From: Hydrurus foetidus
Taxonomy: Eukaryota
DNA: 44,479 nt
Direction: 5' to 3'
NCBI GenBank assembly: GCA_900617105.1
Contig: UYFQ01000679.1
Coordinates: forward strand, 1 to 44,479
In this document: in pieces, positions 1-18,100 of the stretch
Layout: each line of letters starts with the position of its first letter
Numbering within the stretch: the stretch's first letter is position 1
Made by a program: the position numbers and the translations under genes
Notes under the pieces: generated by a model
What the model was told of the DNA's origin: nothing
Seen by the model: the letters and a program-made list of their open reading frames with translations, nothing else
Databases searched by the model: none

Positions 1-58
1 AACATCATAATATCATCACATGATAGTATAGCATAACACCACTTGATAACATCTCCAG

Positions 59-5706
<5,648 letters not shown>

Positions 5707-6684
5707 GAGATAACTTGTAATCCACCTCAAAACAATATTTACGTGCATCAAAATATAAACTTGATAAATCATGTTTTAATGCGACCAATTGAAGGACTCC
5801 TTACCGTCAACAAATCGTCATCTTTTCCTCTCAATTGTTTGTCGAGAAATCAACATCTACTCTTTATGATGAATCTAAATTATTCACAGATCTCGTGTGT
5901 AACATTTTTGTGATCGTTTCGGTAACTCTTTCTATCCTCATTTCTGGTTTTAGTGATTTCTTAACTTTTTTTCCTTTTTCTTTCTGTTCCTGAAAGTGTT
6001 TTTCTTCTGTAAGTGTTCTTATCTATGTGGCGTTTATCAGTATTCTATTTTTATTAGTATTTGACGAATTCGGCTCACAGTTGTGTGCAGTGAAAACAAT
6101 CAAAAGTTATACTTCCTAGGAAATGTGTGACGTCACTATTCCCGAAGAGATGTAGACATTTTATCTGCCTTGATAGCAGTGAAGATGATCAAGAAGATAA
6201 GAAGAAGAATGAATACAATGACGTACTTCTAAGATGGACTAGATTCTTGTTTTCATTTGATACTACGTCCCGGCTATTTCCGGATAATTTATGATGAGGC
6301 GTACTGTAAATGTACAGACGGACATTTGAATAAGCGTGATGCGATGAATGACGCTGACAAAGATTTTACCCGCCAGCACATAATTGTACATCCCGCAGTC
6401 ACTTTTGAATCGATGGGATGGAACGTCTCCGGTCAATGAGTCCAGTTTCATTACAGGTAGTTTTTGTATACCGGAACCCAACAGCATTTCACCGTAAAAC
6501 CTAGAACCCTCGGCGCTTGAAAACTACAAATGAAGTGTAGCGCCCACTCAATCGTAATGCAGCGGTTGGGTCACTATCATCTACCATCTTATAGGTCGCA
6601 AATGAATTCAGCGATGGAATCAAACCATTGGTGCATCGAGAGTAATGTGGACGAATTGATAGTGACGAAGTATCCCAGTCTACA

Positions 6685-7890
6685 ATGTGGCGGCGTCGAA
6701 ATGCCCGTCTGAACAATCGCACTGGTAACTCTCATATCGGAGATTTATCATCCACATCAACAACCAATGAGGAACTTGACAGCAACGATGAAGAAGAAAC
6801 ATGCGGGGACCTCGAAATCTCAAGCTCCAAAGTTCTCATCATGGCGAAGTCACCTCAAACTCAATTTCACAGTCATGAGGCTCAGACAGCGAATATGAAA
6901 GACACAATCAAGTACCTGCAGCACCAGCTTGACATGGCGACAGATAAAATCGCTAGCCTTATGTTGGATAGAGGTGATCATCCTATCGTCCAGAGAAGAG
7001 CGAATGCGGATGGCACCGATGATCTGAATGAAACTGTCGAACGAAAGTTGAGGGAAGTTCAATTTAAGAATAATCTTGAGACTGCGTTGCGGAATGTGAC
7101 TGCACAAGCTGCAGTAATGCTCGCCGAAAGGAGAGACTTGCATAGAGAGCTACAGCTTACAAAATCCATCACTCTAGCAACGGAAGCTAGGATGGATGAG
7201 CAGGTAGCATCAACACTGAATCAGAAGAAGAACATTCTGTCAAAGCTGAAGGCCATCAAATCGACAATAGTGTTCGAGGACAGGGCTGCTGTTGATGACG
7301 ATGAAGATCTTGACATCAATTCAGATGATCCGAAGAATAGCAGTGGCAGATGTTTTTGTTTACCGCCTATGTTTCGCTGTTGGCCGTTCACACCTGACAT
7401 TCCTCCCGACAAAAAAGAGATATCGAAGACTGAGAAAGAGAGACAAATAGCAATAAGCGACAATGAAATCTTAGACGAGATGAATAGGTTATACCTATCA
7501 ATAACCCGCAAGCTAGAAGAGTGCAGCAATAATGCAACCATGGACATCAATGAGATAGAGACTTTAAGAGGGGTGATAAACGATAATAACACTAAAATCG
7601 CGAAAAGGGGCCACGAAATAGAGTTATTACGAGGACAACTAAAAGACACAAAAGCACAAACAAACCTAATGATAAAGCAACAAGCGGAACTGAGCGCTTA
7701 TCGCGTAAAAGACAAGTACGACTCACAGTCTATCATTGGTGATGCGAAATCTTCATTAAATTCGACTGATATGAATTCTGCTGAGCAATCCGATTATCAC
7801 ACCGATTTTGACTACAATAATAATTTCGAAAATAAACATCGGAAAAATGTTTTATCAAGAGGCAGCAATGGCGATCGAAAAGAATCTTAG
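6685..7890 (+). CDS. Hypothetical coiled-coil protein (may have upstream exons)
   Basis: 401-aa ORF with heptad-like charged helices interrupted by a Cys/Pro/Trp segment (RCFCLPPMFRCWPF). No recognisable family. Confidence 0.6.
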   Translation: MWRRRNARLNNRTGNSHIGDLSSTSTTNEELDSNDEEETCGDLEISSSKVLIMAKSPQTQFHSHEAQTANMKDTIKYLQHQLDMATDKIASLMLDRGDHPIVQRRANADGTDDLNETVERKLREVQFKNNLETALRNVTAQAAVMLAERRDLHRELQLTKSITLATEARMDEQVASTLNQKKNILSKLKAIKSTIVFEDRAAVDDDEDLDINSDDPKNSSGRCFCLPPMFRCWPFTPDIPPDKKEISKTEKERQIAISDNEILDEMNRLYLSITRKLEECSNNATMDINEIETLRGVINDNNTKIAKRGHEIELLRGQLKDTKAQTNLMIKQQAELSAYRVKDKYDSQSIIGDAKSSLNSTDMNSAEQSDYHTDFDYNNNFENKHRKNVLSRGSNGDRKES

Positions 7891-9000
7891 CTTTCAGTTG
7901 ATAAAATTAATCAAAGACTAATAGAAATAGAGCCAACATCTCTTAATCTTTTTATTTTCACAAATCACTAACGCATGTCGGAAGTGTTTCAGTTAGTAAG
8001 AAAAAAGAAATACATGCTGACTTCCGTACATTTACGTACGTAACGTACGCAAAGAAATAATTCGGGCAGTGTTGATCTGTCCCATGACCTTATCCTCATC
8101 TTAGGAACCGCATGACATTACGTCTCTTCTGCAAAACGTCACTCTCGAAGTCGTGAACACATTTCTTACGAACAGGATTGACTCTCATCTGTTAGCATCA
8201 TCGCGACAATTACAGCGCTCCTTGCTATGCCATATGCCACCAGTAAATCAAAACAAATTAAATGAAATTGGATTCCGCTGTGTTCCCCGGAATTGATGAT
8301 TATTTCAAAATACGGATTACAATGCTTCAGGCTAAAAAAGCAAAACCTAACCTCATAAGGGTGCGCGTCAATTCAATTCTCTGGATCTACGATTAATTTT
8401 GTTTCCCGGTTATCGATGACATCAGTTGCCTCGTCACGCATCGAGCGAAGAAGACCCACCACTCCCTTCTCTCCCTCGCTATACTCTTACGGTACTAGCG
8501 ACAGGATTGCACAAGATGTAAAATTCAAAAATCACACTGTCCGGCATCAGCAACGAACGTACGTACAGTACGCAGAGCATACGGGGACTACATGCCGTGG
8601 AAACGAAGCGGCGTGTCTACTCCAGTGGAGAGTTCAGAGTCCCATTTCGGTCTACAGCGCATTGTGAAGAGGCAGGCGTACTTCAAAGATCATCGCATCA
8701 ACAATTTTGAATGTCAGCAGCCGTACACAATGGTTCTACTCGAGGCAGCGCCAGAGATAAAACTTTTCTGATTCTTCTATAACGGAGCAAGCGAGCTCCT
8801 GATGTCAGTGACGTACGGTAATGTGGAAGTTTATGCAGTCGATCTCAGCTTTTCTTAGACGGTCTCTTGATATGGCAACCTATAAAAGGTTTCACGCGGT
8901 GCGATCTTTGGTTTCCAATGGATGAGTAGTATCCGGTCGAGGCCTCTAATACGTGATCTCTACTCTCGGCAAGATAATCCAGAGCGAAAAGAGTGTCAGG

Positions 9001-9700
9001 TTATGATGCGTGATCCTCGTTCAGTTGCACCATGACGCAGTCCTCGATAAAAACTATATCTGGCATTTCGTTTTTCACCAGGGACTGTTGGGAATGGGTC
9101 ATATAGATTGAGAGGGACAGATTGAAGTCATAAAAGACAAATGTTGTCGTGCTAACAGATTGTGATGTTAAGATAAATGACGAATTGAAGCGAGAATAAA
9201 CTTGTGATCACCTCAATTGCATCATCTACTGTGCCAGGCTGACAGAAGAAGTTTCGTATGCCAAGATCATAGCCTTGCTTAATGAATGAAAGCGTCACAC
9301 CAGGTGGAGTTATCAAGTTCATCCCAACTTGTGACATTGGTACCGATGGATTTAGAGTTGACAAGCGATCAACGAATGTTGCCATACTGTCAACCGTCAG
9401 CAAACCCTCAATTTCGGGCAATCTTTTGTTGAATGGAATACAGTTTTTCTTGTGAGAAACCATGCAACGCAAGACCTTATTACCAAATTTGCTACGATCT
9501 TCCGTCGCCCCGATGATGATGAAGACAGATAAGTCGAAATAATTCATTAGCTTCTCGGTTTTAAAAGTGACTCCACCGCTCTGGAAGTTGTGGGGAGGTT
9601 TCAACGCCTGACGGAGAGGAAATTTAGAACTCGTGAGACGGAAACCTCCGACCATCCCAAGAATTAAGACGCAAGTGAAGAAGAGAGATTTCAAGGACAT
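9001..9700 (-). CDS. CoA-binding domain protein (YccU/CoA_binding_2-like), predicted plastid-targeted; 2 exons (9700-9212, 9084-9001)
   Basis: Family motifs IIGATEDRSKFGNKVLR, ITPPGVT, LGIRNFFCQPG. Exon 2, read manually as SLVKNEMPDIVFIEDCVMVQL..., supplies the typical C-terminal DCxxV. N-terminus is a hydrophobic signal ending VGG-F followed by an S/K/R-rich stretch. Confidence 0.85.
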
Positions 9701-10113
9701 GATGGATCAATTGATCTTAACAACAAATCCGAAACGCAACTTTTCACCACACTGGCAGAGGCGTAACTGTGACGAAATCTAGTGACGCCAACATAGAGCT
9801 ATTCAGCATTGAACGAGTCGAAGAGAGCTGTGTTTTCTGAACTCCGAACCTCCTCATGAATCGATTGACAACGATCTGCAACATCGTTCATCGTTCAAGC
9901 TTTTTCATTTATTTTCAAGTTTTACATGAAATTTTCATGCCACCCATCTGATTTTACGAAATGACGCGACACTATAAACTAGATACTCATCTGTTGAAGA
10001 TGTCAATTCAAAATGTCACATGACGAGGAATTTCAGTTAAGGCGGTCAGTGTGGATTGCGTTCACGAACATCGACAGTGCGTGACGATTCTCGTGTGACT
10101 AGAAATAGTTGGG

Positions 10114-11589
10114 ATGTTGTTGCTCTGCTTTTGCATCATACCTATTGTATTCTCCGCGGCAAGGGACATACCTATCGGGATTAATAGTGTCGACCAAACG
10201 TAAGTCGTCAAAATATTCTCTCTACCTCACTTCTTCAATAGTAGACTCATCGCGCGACCAATGAACATCTTCATAGGTCACAGGATGGCGAACAACCTGC
10301 GAAAAGCAATCATAAGTTGCGAGGCAGAAAAGGTGACGAATCGAAACCTTCAACATCACTCTTCTCTCCAACTACCGATGGTTCGGCAATTCAAAATTGG
10401 CAAAATTTAATAAATCGCAGAGGTGCAAGTGAGCAGCGAGGATTTGACACCAATAAGATTCATTGGTGCGGGATCATTTGGATGCACATTTAAGCCTTCC
10501 ATACCTTGCCTAACAGAGCGAGCAAATTTCTCTGGACCTGGTTATTTGAGCAAAGTAGTCAACATCGAGAAATATTCTAACGATGCTGAAGTTAGAATTG
10601 GAGAAATGATCACACGTATCCCAGATTTTGAGTCGTACTTCGCTCCAATACTGCAAGTATGCGTTATGGACTCGTCTTTCCTATTACCGGATGTGATAGA
10701 GCAGTGCTCAATGATGGCCGCCTCCACTGACCTCTCCATCTTCGTATCCAATTTGATGCGGTATGTTGGCACAGATTCTCTTAGGATGTATCTCTATGAA
10801 CAAACCACAAAAAGTGAAACACTCGGAATACAGGCTACTTTCAAAACGCACTATCACCTCTTACGAGCATTGACAAGTTTACAAACCCTCTCGAATCCAA
10901 TAGTGCATTTCGATCTAAAAGAGAACAATGTGCTTCTTGATGATACTACCGGTTCTCCTATCGTAATAGATTTTGGATTCTCTTTCACAAAAGAAAAGTT
11001 AATGCTGACAACACGGGATAAAAATGTGTTGAACGAATTGTTCTGGTCATACGATGGAGTGGCTAGTGGGCAAGCAAATGACTGGTGTCTTGAAGTGGAT
11101 CTGTTGAGCTACATTTCACAGATTCCTTTTAAACATCACAATGTTGAGTATAGTTCAATCATTGGTGGAACAGATATCCGTGAATTGGAAAATACCGTAG
11201 ACAGTTATATCACGAAAATGGAATTTACAAATTCTGGAATATTTCCTCCGGAAGAAGTGGAGACCTTTAGGGATGCACATAAGAAAAACTTGGGTCGATT
11301 CCTAAATTATACTTGGGGTCAATTAATAGAATACTTAATTTCTACGTGGAGTTCGTGGGACAATTTTTCTCTTTCATTGATTTACTGTACGTTTTTTGGA
11401 CGTAAACAAAGAGTGCATAATCGGTTAAATATCTTCGGTGACAGTGAATTAAATTGGATTGTCACACCGCAGACAAATCCGCTAATGTTGAAATATACGG
11501 ATATGATTACAAAAACCGTTTTGGCTCATCCAGGAAATATACAAGATCCGATTAAAACGATGAAAAATTTGGTCGCACTTTTGGTATGA
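10114..11589 (+). CDS. Protein kinase-like enzyme with N-terminal signal peptide; 3 exons (10114-10199, 10277-10332, 10421-11589)
   Basis: Kinase motifs GAGSFG, SKV lysine, alphaC Glu (AEVRIG), HFDLKENN, IDFG. The long ORF has no ATG start (GTG just after an in-frame TAA), but two phase-compatible GT-AG introns join it to MLLLCFCIIPIVFSAARDIPIG...NHKLRGRKEVQ. Confidence 0.8.
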
Positions 11590-12140
11590 GTAAAACATTT
11601 TAAGTTTTGATTTTACACGATAATTTGATGTTAATCTTCGTGACTTAATAATGTGCGTGTAAATTTAAAAAAATCGAAGAATTAGTGAATTTAATTTCAT
11701 GCTGCAATAAGATTTGGTAAAAGGTTCCAACATAAAAGAAATGTAGAGTGAAATAAAAATTAAGAATAAGGCGAACGACTTCAATGTCGTATCTTGTCTT
11801 AATGACATCATCTTGTGATGCAATCCTTTTTTTCCTCTATCATATCATATCGCGTCCAATGATTCTACATGTATTGGAATCAAGAGGTATCACCGAACTT
11901 TGAAGAAGTTGAAGCTCTAATAAGGAAAATTAAAATAACAATTATGCAAGAACACTTTATTTAATTACAAAATATATTCACAACACTGAGTAAAAAAACA
12001 CATTTATTCAAAATATAGATCAAAATCAGACTATGTCTCCTATTTCATGACATCGAAATCTATTTATTTATTATTTATTTCCTACAGGGAAAATTACAGA
12101 AGTATCTATGTAAGCGAATTTGATTTTTAATTTTTCGTTT

Positions 12141-15100
12141 TCATATTTTCGAAACTACGTATGCATACCAGTACGTAACAAAAAAATCTTGGAAATAACG
12201 ATGTACAAGATAGCACAGCAATGTCAAAAAAAATACGGCGAAAAATTTAGCTATAGTTGGTAGTGTTTCAAACCAGTTATTAACACCATCCCTGACTAGA
12301 TCAAAATGACCATCTTTTATGCCGTAGTAGAAAAAAGGAAGCCAAAATGTTAGCATTATCCTCTGAAACAAATACATTGCGTATGACGTATATCCCAGTG
12401 TTGTTATCGGCAAACTTTCTAAAAAAAATCGGGAATAATTGTATCGAGCTGAACCAGTCTGTAACATACTAACAAGAATTAAAATTAAAAATGCAAACGG
12501 TACAATAACAAACCATAACACAAATTTAATTTCTTCTTTATTTAAATCACCTAAAGTGCTCATTAGAAAGCCAATTCCTATCGCAGTAAAATCTGGAAAA
12601 AATCGCCAAATGTAGCAGCACAGAGTAAAAAAAGTGGAATCCCTTTGGGGGTGATTGTCCGTTTCATCTCCGGATAAGGAAGGACCCCTGGACCCGTTAC
12701 TGGAATTATCTAGGGACTCGGACATTTTTCTGGAGGTACCTCTTAGGGGTGAATATGTCGCTAAAATAGGGCTATTATGCTCGATATTTACCATTTCTGA
12801 TATTGATGCGGAGGGGTAGAAGTAGGAGAGAAGCCAATTACGATGTACCCACGGCCAAACAGGCTTAGTATCGGTGTGATTGTACACTCTATAGGCGAAG
12901 TCAATTACACCGATTGCCCTCAACCCCTCCATCTCCCCATCGTGACTCCTGCCCCAGTGCCAGAATGCGAAGTGTACGTTCTCTAGTACGCACGCGGCTA
13001 TTGCACCAGCAACGAAATAAGCGATAAACGTAAATGCGTTCTGTAAGGTGTAAAGTGAAATATTTTCAATATTTTCATTACTATTATTATTGGTGACTTT
13101 TCAATAAGACATGAGAAGTTGAGTACGTGAGAAGATATGTAGATGAGTGAGTAAACAATATGCGTGCAGTAAATTGAATTGTGTGTAATACAGAATGACA
13201 GAGATATTGATCTATTCTGCGATTCGTAATTTTTATGTCGACTGAAGAAAAAATTTTAGATTCATCGATAATGATGAAAACATAATGTGCTTGAGAACAC
13301 TAGAAATGGATGAAAATGAGAAAAATTTAACAGTTGTAGACAAGAAGGGGACATTGTTGATGTGAACATGTAGAGGTTAAAATGTGTGGTGACAAAAAGA
13401 AGAGAAACGGATGCGAATGAGAAAAAAATCATGAATCGAATATGAAGAAAAGAAAGAAAGAAAGAAAAAAGATCTCACCTTGGCAAATGTGTTGTATAAC
13501 ATAAACGTGAAGAGACCCAAAACAACCAAAATCCAAAAAGATACCATGACCAGCATAGTGCTCATATCAGTCCTATTATAGGCCAAAAGTACCGCTTTAT
13601 CCCCTACCCACTGTTTCCAAGTGCGACTTCTTCGTATTCTTCTAGGGGGTCTAAGAGTGAGCGGGGAAAGTTCTTCTGACGCATACGTCATTAAACGATT
13701 CTGCAACGTCATCAGAATCATTCTGCCGATACCGTATAAAATAAAGCAGTTAAGTATGATACTGGCGTAGAGGAGATTGTTCGGACCGTATAAGTGGCAG
13801 GTGGGACGATACCAAGACTGCATCCCTATCACGTACAGAACAGAGCACACAGCCTTCTGAGTGTTGTTTACTTTGTCGTCATTTACGTGCACATTGATCC
13901 AAGGAGGAATATTGAGCAGTAAAGCTACCCATAATATCGGATATAACCCGACACATCTCGAGACTATAAAAGATCGAATGTTAAATGATTTGCGGGGTAA
14001 AAGTTTTAGGCCGGCCGGACCGGTACCCCCCTTTACTGACACACTAAACCACTCCGCCCTCCCGACAGTCGGACTAGTTGAAGTGAACAACCCCTGAGAG
14101 TCTTCGGTGATTGAACTTTTTCTCACTCTGCCTATAACAGCCTCTCTTTCGTTTCTTTCGTTTCTGGGTGAGTCCATTGCACTGTTGTGATCATTGTGAC
14201 TGTGATTATTACTATTATTATTCTGGTTGTTGTGAGTGTTTTGTGTGTCATCGTTTAGTATGGGATTCAGTTGAATTTCACACACGTCATCCGGCTCAAC
14301 ATGTACGAATTGAGCAGTCTCTCTCAACTGTAAAGCTGTCGTAAACCCAGATATCATCACGAACAAGTACGTATCAGCGCTGAATGAAGATGATATCGCA
14401 TTGTGTGGGTTGTGAAAATGGTCATATAGAACTAAGAACGTAAAGATTCCTCTGACGCCTTCTATCAGCGCTCTATTAGTGGCGAGTAAATCTTCAAAGG
14501 AATTCTCTAATTTCTGCAAATCACCGGCCCCTTTAAACATCTCCCCTCCCTCTTCTTCCCCCTCCCCCATTACCTCGCAATCATAGGCTGTAGACTCATT
14601 TGTATTTGGTATTGAATTCTGATTCTCATTTTGATTTTCTATTTCACCGTATTTCCCTAGAAACGGTTTTGAAGATCCGCTTTCTAAGTCGAATTGAGAA
14701 TCTTGCGCATCTATTCTATCAGTGATACCTATTGAATGTGGAATGTTGACATTAATGTAAGATATATTAAGTCATATATTGAGGAGAATACTGTATTTGG
14801 AAGATGGAATACACTTACATAGATACATATATACTTACATACATACTTATCATGTTAGAACACACATAAATTCACACCCAAGCACACCCACACATGTATA
14901 TATAATCAATAATATACGCGCACATAATATACACATACATACATACACACACACAAATACATACATGCACATACCCAGATTTATCAAAGCCTCAGGTTTC
15001 TCTTTCTCTAAACGAATTAATAAGGACTCTGAAAAAGACCGGATAGTTACTCCCGGTGCATAGATTTTAGCCGGTTCTAGCCGTATTCCACCGAGAGAAT

Positions 15101-18100
15101 CAGATAGATATTTAATAAACATTACAGCCCCTAAAGAGTCCACACCAATTGAAGCGAAAGAGGAGTTAGTGGACGGCCTTCTTCCTCTCAACTCTTCTAT
15201 CATGTCACACACATGTCTCATCATTATCGTCACAGCTTTTGTATTTTTTAATTTACTTTTATTCATATTACGTACGGATCTTGGATCTGTAGATTCCGAA
15301 CTCTTCAAACGGACGTATCCTGGACCTTCTTCTACTTTTGTTTTTGATTGGGTATTAGGATAGGAAGATAAAGTTGTATGCTCATCCACATCGATTTTCA
15401 AGTGCATTCTTTCCCTTTCCTCCTCCTCCTCTTTTTCTCCTTCTTCCTCTTCTTCATTCAATACGTTGTTTCCATCTAGTACTTCACTATTTAAATCCGA
15501 AGTAGCATCTAATTCGCCCACACAGAGATCGCTTACGGTAGGATCCGGTAGAGCTTTACGGTCTAGTTTGCCGTTAGCCGTTTCAGGAAACACACTTATT
15601 TGCACAATGCTCCTACAAAAAGAATATTAGATGCAAATAAAATTTATGTTTGACGATCTGCTATTTGCGTTATTTTGAAATTGTCAAAATAGTGACTCAC
15701 TGCATCACGATACCGGATAATAATATTCGGCCAAATTTAACCGGATGAAGCATTAAAAATACCAAAACTGCTCACGGAGAATAATCATCAAAATAAGATA
15801 ATTGATGTAAAATATGATTTTCAGGAGCAACTTCAACTTCAAGTTGAAGCTGTACGTACTTGGGCATCATGTAGTACGTCAGTGATCTTCCCGCGTGGAT
15901 TTGGATTTCTTTTATTTGAGCTTTTGAAAGTGTAACACTTGTAACTCCTTTTATGTACAATGCTAACTTTCCGTCTTTGACAACAGCCACTTATATAAAC
16001 AATAAAAAGTGGAAAAATTAATGGTTGAAGAAAAGAGCTGTAAAAGTCTGATAGAGAAATTCAAAAATTGATATTCCGTTCGTAGATATTACATACATTG
16101 CATGTATAGAAAATCACTGCGATAAAATGCAATACATGGAGTGGGATGTGTCACGTATCCGCAGTCACTGTGGTGATGCTCAATATGAGGATGAGCTTTA
16201 GATAGATATCTGACGCACTGAAAGATACGTAATTGAAATCTCATCTTTCTTCACCTGTGCAGTACGTACTGTGGGTTGTGCGTATTAGTTATATATGATA
16301 AAACAGTGTATACTCTACAGAGAGCCGTGAAAAATAAAATATTACAAATGTAAATGAATATTTTAAGTACACGATTATAAGGTAGAAACGGTGTTTTTCT
16401 CCGCGACCAAATAAAAATTTCAATTTGGAAATAATAAATCATCTTTTCTGTCCCTAGAGTAAGTTACCTGTTTTTTCTACAAGATTATGAGAACTAAATA
16501 CGGTTTCTATTTCCGCTAATTCAATTCGAAAACCGTCAATTTTAACTTGGTCGTCCATTCTTCTCACGAAAATATATTTCCCTTGTCCTCCCTAGTCATC
16601 CAAATACACAGGGGCAAAGTGAACACTCAAATAGATGCGATGAAGGATGCAATAAGACTTCGTCAAATTTTGTGTGTGTCATAAATATGACTTTCACACT
16701 GCGCACTATGTGATGGAGGCCAAATGAACTAAACTAAACTAAACTAAACTAAACTAAATACATTCACAATTCAATAAAAGAAAATAAATCAGGAAACACA
16801 CATGGAGAAATTAATAATATTCAAAACCCCTTGACAATAATTTTGAAATTACTGGCACCTCTAATCTGGTAACAATATCTCCTGTGCGATAGACGGAACC
16901 TGGACCGAACGGATTCCTGAAGAATTTCTGACGAAATAAATCATATTCATAAATCGTAATATATCAGATAATAGGAGGAGAGACATTGCGTTTGAAGTGT
17001 GACTTCTCAAAAAGCGTTATAGACGATAAAATAGCAATGTTTCATTTGATGTAGTGAATGATTGACATATACAAAGCAATACAAAATAAAACAATAAAAT
17101 TATAATAATCTACTTTTCAGTGAATAGTGAAGAATTACAAAAAGTGAGATACGTACTTCTTTTGTGAGTTCAGGTGCATTTAGATAGCCTTTTGCCACTC
17201 CTACTCCTCCTATCCACAGTTCTCCTTCTTTATCAGGAGGCATTATTGTTTTTGGTAATATTTCGTCCTCAGATACGATGTAGAAAACCGTCTAAAATTA
17301 ATTAAATTAGAATTTAGTATTCTTCATATAGTTAGTTGTATGCATTATTTAAGTTTGTATTTTACATGAGTCATATAAATACATTGTACGTTACACATTC
17401 TCAAATATGTTTTGGCCTTATACCCTACTGCCCATTACATTGAAGACTTACAAAGCGCAACACTGAAACCAATAAAAGGAATATCCAACACATACTTTAT
17501 TTCATCACATCAATAACAATCGTAGTCATACAACAAAATATGAAATACTGCAAATCATAAACGATACCAGTAACAAAAAACATAATATAAAAGCAATCAC
17601 AATAAACAATAACATATAACACAGCAATACAAACGCACCTACCTCACTGATTGGCATTCCAATCGGTATGAGCGGTACTCCATTGCTGTATTGCAGTGTT
17701 GACACGTCTTTAGGAAGAGTGTAAGAACTCGACCAAATAGTGGTCTCAGTAGGACCATCTAGAATAAATCATAAATGTAATAAATCCGTTAAAAGGTGTG
17801 CTTTCATTTAAAATTTCCGTATTTTGTATTTGCATCTTTTACTCCACAATATAACATATCAAACTATTTGAAAACAGTTTCATTTTTCAACAACTCAAGC
17901 CAACAATCCCGTATACAATTAGTCCTTCATTATTCTGTACATGTCACGAAATGCCACTGATTATCTAATTTAATATAAACACATGTTTCACGTTTTTCTC
18001 TTTTCCCTGGATTCTTAAAAGTTGCACCATGTATTGCGCATTTAGTAAGAAAAAAATAAAAAATAAAAAGAATGCAAAGTAGTACTTACATACGTTACGA

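Noticed and set aside
8200..8990. Coding-like composition downstream of the CoA-binding gene
   Set aside because: No consistent ORF or exon chain, and no recognisable motif found.
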